A DNA stretch of 57,874 nt, filler included, from Jimgerdemannia flammicorona (Eukaryota): assembly GCA_003990765.1 (NCBI GenBank). It is 2 parts of 2 records of this genome, joined end to end, with 100 filler letters (N's around TTAATTAATTAA, not from the genome) between each part and the next. Parts side by side here need not be neighbours in the genome. Positions count along the whole stretch, not along the records: positions 28,992 to 57,874 come from RBNJ01000537.1; 1 more part is not named here. One strand, written 5' to 3'. How positions within the stretch are numbered: position 1 is the first letter of the stretch; every line of letters begins with the position of its first letter. A program made the position numbers and the translations under genes. This document shows positions 38,701-50,766 of this stretch, one piece after another. The notes under the pieces are model-generated. The model ran no database searches. It was not told the origin of the DNA and saw only the letters and a program-made list of their open reading frames with translations.

Positions 38701-41320
38701 AGTTAATATCCAGTCAATTCTCAATCCCAGCCCTGCTATCCAGTGAGTATAGACCCTATAGTCTCTCTATTCAAGATGTCCTACATCTACTAGTGAGCTC
38801 AATCTCTCAATCTCCTCTCAGTCTACTATCTTCCTACTCCTATCTGTCATCCCCCTCTCTCTATCAGTTCTGTCCAGCAGTCTATCACATATTATGTTAA
38901 AGTTACCCCCAGATAGTCAATCCTCTCTACTACTATAATATCAATATCTCATAGTTCTCTTATCTACTCTATATATTTCCTCCTTTCCACTGAGTAATAA
39001 CATAACTCAACAGTCAAGGGGCTTCACCCTGACCTCCTCTACACTCTCCACACTACTCTGCTCTCTCAATGTCCAATGTCCCCAATGTTCCTCTTACCCT
39101 TTCTAATCAGAATTCTTACCCAACTCTGCCATATAGCTATATCTCTCCATTCTCTTGTCTAATTCTATATGTCTAAGCCAGCATTATAGCCTATATCCTA
39201 CAACAAGAACAGATCTACATCCAGTCCCTTCAACTAGCTAAAAATATTCTAATATCTCATTATACCCCTCAAACTATTGATATTCAAAGAGAAGATTCTA
39301 GTTGTACTGTTTATATTAGATGATGTTTAGAGAGTAAGCCCTTATCCTATAATTCTATACTTACTATATTACTAGCAATATCCAGATTCTGCTCTGTCTC
39401 AAGTTCATCTGCCTCTCTCTGCTAAGCATTCAGTACTTCTAAGATCTCCTGATAATCCTCACTATTCACTACCTTCATATTAGACCAGTAGTCCTTGTAT
39501 ACTACCTGTCACTTCTTTAACATCTTTCTAAATTCCCATAGATATACTGCATACTCATTTACAATAGTTAGAAGTACTATCTCTCTGGCATAATCTATCT
39601 CATATTTCTCTATCTTCAATAAGCCTACTAATAGTTTATTTCAAAGCTTCTATACCACCTTCTCTCCTTATAGAATCTTACTTCAATATCTCTCACTAAT
39701 CATCTTAAAATCTACTTTACCCAACTCATCTACTATAATATTCATCAATACTTTCCACAGTTACCTCTTCTCCCCTATAGTCTCATTGATACCTAGGACC
39801 ACCTCCTGCCCCCCAGCCCCCAGACCCCCCTCAGCATTCATCTTCACTATCTCATCTCAGTCCTCCTCCAGTATGTCCTATAGCTTATCAGTCCCCCTCT
39901 CTCTTGTGGACACCCCATACTATACTTGGGCCTCCTCAGCTATCATCATAGCCTCAGCCACTATACTCTACTTGGTACTTCCCCCCTCCTTCAGAGTCAC
40001 TATGATAGCCTCTTTCTTTTCCTCTACCCAAGTACTTGCTTGTAATCCACTACTAATAGCAATAGCCTCACCCTCTGTCCTCTCTCCCAGCTTTACCAAT
40101 AGATCTTTCTGATGTTATCTCTCTTATATCCTCTTTCAGACAGTCTTATCTAGTTAAACTCTCCTACCATTCATAATCTCAACTACCATCCTAGCCTCAA
40201 ACTCTCTCTAGACCAATCACCTCTTCTTCACTACTCTGGCCAGATTCTTCAATATCTCTAGCAAGTTCTTCTTATCTTCTGGTATCCTCTTTACCCTCAA
40301 GACCTTATATGGTTTCCACTTCAGTACTACTAGTAAATCTCATTCTTTTCCAGTATTCTCTTTGCTCATTAGTCTAATCCAGACATCTGTATCTCTAGTC
40401 CTAAACTCAGTTCCTTCTCAGACCCAGAAGTCAACATTCACTATATTACTCCTTGATGATGTCCACAATCAGTCCTCTGGCCACCTCCTTCTTCACTGTA
40501 GATATATTTATCACTACCAGTTACACCACTCTGGGGTTCTAGCATAGACACTGAGCTATAGGAATTATCACTAATCCTACTACTACTTTTTTCTTCAATG
40601 CTCTCAACATTAACTCCTCCTTCTTGAAGCCTATCTCTACTCTCTCCAAACTCTTTAAGAACTTCACCAAGGCTACTCCTTTCACCTCCTGAGCCAGAAG
40701 ATCCAGAACTATTTTTGCTATGATTGCTAAGCCTCAGTAGTACAAAGTGATAGTGAATTTGAATACTAACTTCTTGAGTAATAGTGCTGCTACCAAATCT
40801 ATTATATCATCAGCCAGATCACTAGGTCTTATATCTCCCCCCAGTCTAGCCCCACTATCAGCTATTATATCTGGATTTTTTTTCTAATTAGTAGTCTCTT
40901 CTCTATCAGCAGTCTCACTCTCTTAAGTCTCTACTCCTCCAGCCCTACCACCACTATTACTATGGACCCCTTTGCCAGGCCTTGCAGCCCCTCCTTCTTC
41001 TTACTCTTCTGTAGTCAGCCCTCTAGTCTAGTTGCCAGATGTTCTGCTTTGATCTTATTAGTAAAACTCATCCTCTCAGACTCCTGCCTACTGGTCCTCC
41101 CTCATTTACTTCTTTGTCTATCAGCAAGAGTACTCAATAGACTCTCCCCCAATTCATGACTCCTCTTCACATACTGTCAGTCAAATACACTGGTACTGCC
41201 CTGCCCTGCAAGCTCCTCAGAATACTTATCAGTTACTATATTATTATTACCTTTTCTCCAAAAATGATATTAAAAGTATTGTTAGAAGTTTGTATAACTT
41301 AAATTATACTAGAGAAAGAT
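35702..41320 (-). mobile_element. Second L1/Tx1-type LINE, more decayed relative of the first
   Basis: EGVPQGDPLSLILYTLSLEPLLDRIW. The 5' region (41170-41320) and ORF1 region align with 34330-34480 and 33400-34070. ORF2 start at ~39315. Confidence 0.88.
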
Positions 41321-41730
41321 AATGTCTCTAAGTATATCTATATCAGTTACCTCATAGATCTCACTTAAAGAAATGCTATTATAGTATATAAACTCTATAC
41401 TATCTATAAGTAAAATATAGAAGTATTAATCCAGACCCAATTTTACCTTAGAAATATCTAAAAAAAAATAACCTCTGCTATCTATCTGAGTATTATTCAT
41501 TATATTGAAAAACTATTTTCCAAAGAAGAAGAGGAATTTTTAAAATAGAGTAGCTCTGAAATCAAAGAAGTTAATAAAACAGAAGCTGATATAGAAGATG
41601 CCTACTCATATTAGAATAATGACTAAAGAACTGATGTGATAAGCTAATAGAAAAATATACTAAGTTACTATCCAAATTAGTTACTATAATTTAACTATAT
41701 ACTATATCAAGTATACTAGACAATCAGGAC

Positions 41731-42030
41731 TAGTGCTCTCAATAAATTAAATTGAATCAAATTTGATCCAAATTTAATTTTGAGATTTAATTCAAACTCT
41801 ATTTTTTGAAATATAATAACTTGACAAAAACATATCCAAATTTAATAATCTTTAGCTTGTTAGATTCCTCTATAAGAGAAATCTAACAAGCAAAAGATTG
41901 TTAAATTTAAATATATTTCTATTAAGTTATTATATTTCAAAAAATAGAGTTTGAATTAGACCCTTAATTCAATTTAAATGACTCTCAATTTGATTCAATT
42001 CAAATTGATTTGATTTTTTTAGAAGTACTA
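41731..42030. mobile_element. hAT-type palindromic MITE
   Basis: TAGTGCTCTCAA...AGAAGTACTA termini and the same internal inverted repeat as 3350-3730. No clear TSD. Confidence 0.85.
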
Positions 42031-44049
42031 ATATAAGTATACAATCTCTAAGCTACTGAAATTGCATATCATTCTTAGAATAAATCTGGAAATTATATGT
42101 AGATTATAAAGCTGAGTTAAACCAAAGTCACAGATTACAAAGCTGAGTCAACTTAAAGTTATGAAATATAATATATAGAAATAGAACCTTATTAATCAAA
42201 ACTGAAAGTATATATACTGAACATATAGTATATTAAAATAAAGAACTATAATAAACTAAAACCAAAACCACAACTCTCAAACATATATCTAGTCATAACT
42301 ACTGAAGTCTACAACTATATCTATGCTGATATCTGGAATACTATTATTAACTAGGTTACAGTATCTCTATCTCTTATAAATATTCATAGTCTAGTACTCT
42401 TTTACTTCATGAAAACCTGATAGAATACTCTGAACATGCTTAGCAAGGCCCACTAAATTGGACAAATCTCAAGCTATTATTAAATTAGCTATCTTCTGGA
42501 AGATATGGTCCACTATTACTATGATATAGATATTACTGAAATGTCTCAATACTAGAAGCTCATTATATGTAAACACTGAGAACTCTTTTATAAGTATAGC
42601 ACCTTTATTCTCTATCTTAAGTTACTACTACTGAAATGATTAACACTCTGATCTATGACCAAATTGATGATATAGTGTAAAAAATCAACTATAAATATAT
42701 TAAGTACATCCAAACTACAGACAGACCTTTTCTATATTCAGATAACTATATTTTGTAAATGCTTTAAGTTGGATATATTATAAAGGATATCTATAATATA
42801 ATCTAGTTCAACAATGATAAAACAGAAGACAATGATCTCTCTAATACTGATATAACTTTTAGTCAAGAATCTCTACTAACTCTAATTATTCTGCTAATCT
42901 TATTAATGAATTTACAATAGTTTATAACTATCTATAAAATCTATTAGAATAATGACCACTGACATAAGTACTAACCTATATTTATATCTGACTATTTTAA
43001 CTATAATAAAGAAATAAGAGAATACAATTTGTATCTTCAGACAACTCTTAAGATAGAACCAAATAATCTCATCTCCTAAGTATAAGTAATATAAAGAACA
43101 ACTATCAGCTTACTATAACTCTATAATATATAGTACCATAATCTACTGAAGATATGCAGAGAGTAAATCTAATAAAAGTAAAGATTATATACTCCTTCTT
43201 TACCTACCAATACTATATCTAGTATACAAAATAGATAATATCATCCTATAGAATAATAACTTTGTTTCAATATACTACTATATAAATAAATAGAAAGATA
43301 TAATTCAAGAATCACTCTTTCTAGATAATTACTTTATCAGAGATGATATCATTGATAGTGACCTTATTAAGAAGTATCTAGATAGTATCTAAATTTATAA
43401 ATAACTTAATGGTCATTAGTATAGTTAGATTAGATAATTGTATTTTGACTTATCAGTAAGTTGATCTCTTGATATATCAGTTCATACTTATACTATATGA
43501 CTATATTCTGACTCATTAAGTACTAAAGTACTATATCTATATTTATCCTAGTCTAGATAGTCTTCTATTAATATAAATACCCCCTTTTCCAGATCTCAGA
43601 AACTCAGATATAAATAGATAGAAATCTAGATAAGAATTAGATAAATACTTTTCTATATAATTATCTCTTCACATATCTCCTATTATTAATTAATAATAAT
43701 ATTATAAATAGTAAATAACTCTATTTAATAACCCTCAATCTACTCTTAAGTAAACCTATACTATATTAGATCCTACTCCTAACTAGATTCAGAAATTCCT
43801 AATTGAGTATTATTTGAAGTAATATATCAATTCAACTAAGCTGGCCTTAGTTTCTTAAACTTTCTGAAATAAGAAAAATTCTGAATATTTAAAATAAGTT
43901 CAAGAAAGAACTTTGGTTAAAACATTAATCTAATCTTGAAATCAATAAGTATAGAGAATATACTTCATATAAAATTGATCTTAATCTTAAAAAAAAACAG
44001 TCTTTCAGAATATTCAAAACTTTTAAAAAACTCTTTTAGAACTATATAA

Positions 44050-44198
44050 TAGTGCTCTAGCAAGATACTCTTTTACAACTAACTAGAACTACTTTACTAT
44101 ATCAAATTGTATAAATAATCCAGATAGTATAATGTATTTTTAGCTGATATATTATATTAGAATTTGAGATTAGTATTCCTAGCTGATACATTATATAT
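44050..44198 (+). mobile_element. Possible left end of a hAT-family element into which the gypsy element inserted
   Basis: TAGTGCTCTA at 44050 is the reverse complement of the 8761-8770 terminus. TAGCTGATA motifs resemble 4185-4200. Confidence 0.35.
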
Positions 44199-44234
44199 TG
44201 TGGCATTGGTTATGTATAATGAACTTCGACTGCA

Positions 44235-44620
44235 GGAGGGATAGGGAAGGAATGGCTCACTTTAGGTTGGGCTTTGGCTATTTGGGTGGGGTTGGCCAGT
44301 CATTGGCTATTTGTCTTTGAGGATGGGAGGAGGCAGAGCTTGGGAGACCAGCTGCTGTGATGGCATAGGCTTATGGAAGATATCTTAACAGGCTGGTGGC
44401 TGGGTTGGGGGATGTGGGGTGGTTGGAGGCACCGCTTGGTGGAGAAAATCTGTAGACAAAGTGGGGGGAGAGTGGGGGTCATTGGTGAAAGGGTGATTTT
44501 CATTTATGAGGAAGTAGGGAGGGGCCCCCTGGTGGGGATTGGATAGTGGGTCGGAATGATGTATAATTATTCATAGACTGGTAATAAAGGCGGAGTCTAA
44601 GTGACTATAAAAAAAAAAAA
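44235..44620 (+). mobile_element. Poly(A)-tailed retroposon fragment inserted in the 3' LTR
   Basis: Absent from the other LTR. AATAAA then poly-A. 17-bp TSD AATGAACTTCGACTGCA (44218-44234) / AATGAACTTCAACTGCA (44621-44637). Confidence 0.9.
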
Positions 44621-45719
44621 AATGAACTTCAACTGCACAGCTCAATGTGTGCCACTGGTGAAGCACGTGATGGATAACTGAATGCGTTGGTGATATTCGC
44701 AGGTTGTTGATCATGTGATTGGCTTATTCGATTCATGTGGTAATTGATAATTAGCGAGAGATTGTTCGTTGGCTCAGGATGTCGATGGTGGCTCAATATT
44801 CAGTGGAAAAAGGTGTTGTTGCTAATAGAGGGTGGTTACTTGGGTGTGCCAGCAGTGATAAACTTTAGCAGAATATGCGGTCAATTTGAAGCAGGCAACA
44901 GTCTTGACTTTAAGCAGTTCGTGGCACAGTAGGTCGGGAAAATGGAGGTTGATGGCTCGCTCATCTGTTTTGGTTAATCTTGAAAGGTTCCTGGTGGTCA
45001 TTCGGGTCTTTGGCAGCGGGTTGGTCTTTGGTGGTCTAGTATCCTTTGGCTGGGTATCCTTGGGTTTCTGGGTCTTGAATCCCAAATGGCAGTCAAATAG
45101 TGGTCTGAATGTGCAGCGGTCATAGTCTTGAATCCTTGGCTGGGTCTCGGGTCTCGAATGGCAGCAGTCGGGTAACATTTTCTTTCCATGGCAAGAGAAA
45201 ATTCTTTAACTCAAACTTCCGAGCAATCTGTTGCTCTAGGTTGTTATCTTGTTCTCAGAATTTATCCAGTCTCTTGGAGGCAGTGGTTTTTTTGTAATCC
45301 TTTTTACTTTTAAACACAAGCTGACTGAGGTTTATTCACTCTAAGAATATGGGTTATTTATACAAGTTTGCTAGCTATGGGTACAGCTAAGATATACTAT
45401 ATTGTGGCAAACATTTGCTATGCTATTGGCTTGCACAATGCGAGGTGCAGGCTATTGTTTACTATGGATTAGGTTATAGGGGATAGCAATGCTAGATTCG
45501 GATGAGCTGATAAAATGCTGAAAACGGTGGTACTGGGTAGCAACGCTGGATTCGGATGAGCTGACATGATACAATGATTGTTGCCAGAAGTGGTTGTGGA
45601 GGGTGGCAATACTGGATTTGGACCTGCTGACAAAATGCTGAAAACGGTGGTACTGGGTAGCAATGCTGGAAATGGACTTACTGACAAAAGCTGGGTTCTT
45701 ACAGCTGATGGGCAGTACT

Positions 45720-46705
45720 CTAGAGGAAATAGTACCCTTCATCCATGGCAGGCAAATCTTGCTAGGTTGTGATTTCTTCTTCATCATATCTCTCCTCAAA
45801 GGGGAGAAGCGCCGGCCAAGAGGTGGGGGGGTAGAAAAGTGGCCAGTCATCTTCAACAACATTCTCCAACCCTTGAACAGCTTGAATGTGGACAAAGGAC
45901 TGGTAGACTCTCTGTTGCTCCTCTTCTTCTTCTGAAGGCTTGTCAGTTTCAGTATCAGAGGGGGTTTCTTCAGGAGCAGGGTCTTGGAGTTCTTGGGCCT
46001 CCTCTTCAAAGACAGGAACTTCTTGGGCTTCTTCTTGATTTAGTTCCCAAATGATGAGGTGTGAATTGTGGCTGACAGGGTGGTGGGTGGTTGGGGTAGC
46101 TCCAACGGGTGCCTCTATAGTGATGGGCGGTCCTTCAAATATCTCCATAAGACTCATTAGGTGACCTTAATAGTTGTCTCGGAGTGGGGTGGTGTGGAAA
46201 CCTGGCTGAGTAGGTTCAGTTTGTTGGCTTCCTATGGTGATGCAGTTGCTGCCAATAGCATTGGCTACTTCAGATTCTATCCAGTCAGCATCTTCAGTTG
46301 AAAGGCGGGAGAGGCTGCCAGCTGTTACTCCTTGCAAGTGTGCTATAGCCCAGGGAATATGGCAGAAGATTTGATGGACACGGAGAGCTCTCTTGATTAG
46401 CCAGCTGGTGGTTAATATTTCAGCAATGAGGCTTCCTGGTCGCCTTCTTGAGTCTCATTGTGAAGGCGGTGTCCGATTTCATAGTCATGCCAGAGGATCA
46501 TTCATTCGGTAGTATCTTTGAGCTGTTGGGTCATTATATACCAGTAGTTGATGAAGTGTCCAAGGTCCTCAGTATAGAAGTTCAAGTGTTCAGAAGTATC
46601 TGGGCGCCAGATGGCCTTCTTGATAGCTTCAAAGATCAGGGTCTTTGGGCCAGACAAAGGGGTAGAGTGGCAGGAGATCTGGTTGGTTCAGCGAATAGGA
46701 GGCAT
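45720..46705 (-). pseudogene. LTR-internal ORF of unknown function, 3' LTR copy
   Basis: 986 nt. Has a 1-nt deletion near 46431 and C>T stops, at positions that are open in the other LTR. Confidence 0.75.
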
Positions 46706-46912
46706 TGTGTGGTGAGTACTTGGTCCTTTGGTGCCGATCCCTGAGGCGGAGTATGGTTCCTTAAATAACGTGGTCTTCATTTTGGCTCGGGTCATCTTGT
46801 CTTCTTTTGGGATGATCACCTAATGGGTCAGGCTGTCTATTTGATTGTCACGCCATTATGTCGTCTGATCTTAGCAGTCACCGGTACTCCATTGTCAATT
46901 GTGTACATCACA

Positions 46913-46924
46913 TCTGCCCCTTGC
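46913..46924 (-). other. Polypurine tract candidate
   Basis: Minus strand GCAAGGGGCAGA directly before the TG of the 3' LTR. Confidence 0.7.
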
Positions 46925-47237
46925 AAAATTAGAGCTGTCCTCGGTGGTGAGGGTTATACAGAGTTGGGTGGTCTTAACTCCAGGGATGAGCAGAATGCTG
47001 GTGCATTTGTGAGGACTGGCCATCCTTGTCTAGGGCGAGGGCTCCCATAGTCACAGCTGGGGGTTCGAACCCATTGGAAATAGTATTACTTGTAATCTGA
47101 GGCAATTTCTTAGTAACAATGTCTGTCATATGGATGGGCTTGAGTCTGGTTCCAACGTTGTTGGCTTTCTTGAGTTCCGAGTAAAACATCTGTCATATCT
47201 CTAGCAGAGACGACACAGACAGAGTGAACAGGATTGT

Positions 47238-49900
47238 TCAAATGCATTTTGCTTCTCTTGAGTAGTAGAGTCTTATGCGGTTGCAGTATATCTTGGTCTT
47301 GAGGATAACTCCATCCAAGGTCTTGAGTTGATAAGTGTGGTTCGAGAATACTTGGTGTATGAGATAGGGGCCTTCCCATTTTGGTTCAAGCTTGGCACTC
47401 CAATTTCTTTCTATGATGGTATGGTACACCAGAACCTTTTGTCCAATGAGCAGGGGTTTGAGGTCAGCTTTGTGGTCGTAGTACCTCTTTTGTCATTCTT
47501 GTGCCTTGGCGATAAATCCTCATGCTTGCTGGTGTATGTCGTATAACCGGGTGATCTCTTCTGTGACTTGTTTTGATAGATCTAGCTGGACTGGTTCAGT
47601 AGGATCTTGTGCTTCTCAGCCATACACCAAATAGAAGGGGGTCTGTTGGATAGCAGTTGCCTTAGAGGTACAGATGCTGAACAGAATTGCTGGTAGATAG
47701 ATATCCCAGTTTAGTTGATCTCCGGTTCTACTGAGACCTCGCTTGATGGTCTGGTTCATTCGTTCAGTAAGTCCATTTGCTTGTGGGTGGTAGGCTGTTG
47801 TTGGTTGTAGCTTGATCTTGAAGTTGCTTGCAAAGGTCTTCATGGCTTGGTTGATGAATTCTTGGCCTTAGTCTGTAATGATTTCCTTGGGCACACCATG
47901 GCAGCTGAAAATTTCATCATACAGGATCCCAATAATTGTCTGGGCATCGGCAGTCTCAATGGCAAAGACTTCGGGCCATTTTGTCAGGTGGTCTTCGATA
48001 GTGAGGATGTAGTGTCTTTCTCGGCTGATTACTGGTAAAGGTTCAATAATGTCTATTCCTAGTCTTTGAAAGGCTCCAGCTAGTACTGCGATCAGTATTA
48101 ATAGTGCTCTATCGGTAGGCTTTTGTCAGTATCTTTGGCAGGTATCACATTGTTGAATGTGCATTGAAATTTGTTTTCTCATCTTGGGCCACCAGTACCA
48201 CTTCTTGATTCTTGCAATTGTAGCACCAATTCCTCGGTGTACATTTTGGTCATGATTTGTTGTCAGGATCTTCAATATTTCTTCTTCTCTTGGAACTTGG
48301 GTGTACTGCTCTCCTTCTACTCTCTAAAGTTCGCTATCGCCTTCTTGGAATTTCTTGAAATTCCTTTGGATAAACAACTTGTGGGCTGGTTGGATTCCTT
48401 TCTTGAAGCTTCTATGGTGCAGACTCCAGGTGAGGGCGAGGCACAATTCTTGGTTCATTTGGGTGAGTGGGAAGTAGCCTTCTCTTGTGGGGGCTCCTTC
48501 CCTTCTTGTTGGTTTCGCGGGATTCTTGATAGGGTATCGACATTGGAATTCTTAGCATCTTTCTTGTAGACAATAGTGAACTGATATTCTTGCAGAGATA
48601 TGATCCATCTAGCAAAGATTCCTGAGGGCTCTGGCTTGTTGAACAACCATTGTAGAGCTTGATGATCAGTGATAAGGGCGAATCTCTTTCCCAAGAGATA
48701 GTGTCGGAAGTGGTCCACAGCCCAAACTACTGCTAGGCATTCCAACTTAGTGGCTCCATAGTTCACTTGTGTTTCATTCATGGCCTTGCTAGCATATTCG
48801 ATAACATGCTCCCTCTTCTGGTCATCTTGCTGAGACAGAATTGATCCAAGTCCTAAGGCTGAGGCATCAGTTGCTAGGATGAATGGTTTGCCAAAGTCTG
48901 GTTGCACCAGAACAGGGGCTTTGGTAAGGGCCTTCTTGAGTAGGTCAAATGACTTTTGTTGTTCTTCTTTCCAGTAGAATGGTTGGTCCTTCTTGGAGAT
49001 ATCTCGGAGAGGTGCTGCCTTATCTGAAAACCTTGGGATGAATCGTTGATAGTAGGATGCCAGCATAAGGAAGGATAGGGTCTCCTTTGCTGAGGTCAGG
49101 GTTGGGTAGTTCTTGACTTTCTCTACCTTGTGGGGGTCGGCATGTGTTCCTTGAGCTGAGACAATATATCCCAGATATTTGACTTGATGTTTTCTGAAGA
49201 AGCACTTCTTGGCATTGAGTCTGAGTCCTGAATTTCGAATGGTATTGAATACTTCGTGGAGGTCTTGCAAATGCTGCTTGAATATCTCAGAGTAGATGAT
49301 TACATCATCTATGTACACTAGTACATTTCTTCCAATGAGGTTCTAGTAGATATAGTTCATCATTCATTGGAATGAGGCGGGTGCATTGCAGAGTCCAAAG
49401 GGCATTCATAGGTATTCATACTGTCCTCATCTGGTGATGAAGGCCATCTTGCAGATATCTTCTTTAGCAATGGGTATTACTTGGAATCCTTGGAACTGGT
49501 CGGTAGTGGTCATGTATTTGACTTTTCCAAGGGCATTGATGAGGTCATCAATTCTTGGCAGTGGGTAGGCATCTTCTGTGGTGACTTTGTTGAGTTTTCT
49601 GAAATCCACAACTAATCTCCATCCTCCTTTCTTTGGTACTATAATTGCTGGTGAAGCCCAGGGACTTGATGATGGTCTGATGACTCCATTTCGTAGCATT
49701 TCATCTATATATTGTTGTTTGAATTCAATCAGATGATGTGGTATTCGGTAGGGTCGTTGTCGGATTGGTCTTGCATCTCCTATATGTATAGGGTGTTCTC
49801 TGTATTGATATGGTGGGAAGTTATCATATGTGGTAGTAAATATATCTTTGTACTCCTCTATCAACTCCTGTATCTGTTGTTGCTGGTCCTTGGTTAGAGT
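47238..49900 (-). pseudogene. pol: reverse transcriptase, RNase H and integrase
   Basis: PSSSPWASP, RLVVDFRKLN, YPLPRIDD, YIDDVIIYS, FILATDAS, LECLAVVWAV, H...YWWPKM...CDTCQ, AYHPQANGLTERMN, KLEPKWEGPY. Confidence 0.95.
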
Positions 49901-50358
49901 TGTCTTGATGTCGATGGCTTTGATTACTGAATTTGCTGAGTCTTCCTCCCTGGTACCGTCAGTCTCACCAGAGAGGGCTTGCTATTTCCCAAGAATTTGA
50001 AGACTTCTTCCTCATAGGTGTCTATCAGTGGTTCGAAATATCCCAGTGTTGTTCCCTTGGGGATAGTTATCACTTCAAAGCCTGAGTTTCTAATAGGGAT
50101 GTGGATTAGTGACATCTGGTCATGAATTCGTTCTTCAGCCAGGAGGATGTGGTATTCCTTTTGAAGCTCCAGTGATGGTGCAAATATCAAGTTGTTTGCT
50201 TCTACTAGTAGGTGCACATCTAGGCCTTTTTGCTGGTAGGGCTGCAGGAGGATGTCTTCTCTTGCTCGGATTGGGCAGCAGATATGGGGTCTCATTTGTC
50301 AGAATTGAGCAACTGTTGCCAAATGAACCTTGATAGGTAGTGTCCGTAGATTTCTATT

Positions 50359-50766
50359 GGTGCTTCCAAAGCCTCCTTGTCCTCTGTTGGTATCTTCTAG
50401 TTGATCTACCTCTTGGATGGTTGGCTGTGATGTTTTGATAAACAGGATTTGGCAGATGGCTTCTATAGGACTGAAGAATCAGCTGGTTCTACTAGAATTG
50501 CGGATAATGACCTTCAAGGGACCCCGGTAGTCCTGATCAATGACTCCTCCTTCTACTGTAACTCCTTTGGTTGCCAATGAGGATCTTGAGGCCAATTGTC
50601 CATAATGCCCAGGTGGTATAGCAAGTGCAATCTGTAGGTCAAAAGTCCTGGTACTTCTGGGTCAGATTCTTACTTGGTAGGGGAGGCAGAGGTCATAACC
50701 AACTGATCCTTCTGTTTGTGCAAGAGGTGGCTGTGCCCAGGGGGAAAGCAGCTAGACCTGGATAAT
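50359..50766 (-). pseudogene. dUTPase domain within gag-pol
   Basis: All five trimeric dUTPase motifs: GSVGYDL, GQLASRSSLA, GGVIDQDYRG, AICQI, RGQGGFGST. The three in-frame stops are all explicable as C>T. Confidence 0.93.

Larger units (their letters stand above)
44199..46912 (-). repeat. 3' LTR (includes a ~0.4-kb retroposon insertion)
   Basis: Aligns with 54790-57204. Ends TGTGGC... and ...GTACATCACA. Confidence 0.92.

Noticed and set aside
46960..47240. Chromodomain or env gene after integrase
   Set aside because: The frame may extend through CGA>TGA stops, but it has no chromodomain aromatic pattern and no transmembrane segment.
49900..50000. Programmed frameshift before RT
   Set aside because: The frame does change here, but the element has other indel lesions and no clear slippery site. 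One copy cannot distinguish this from decay.
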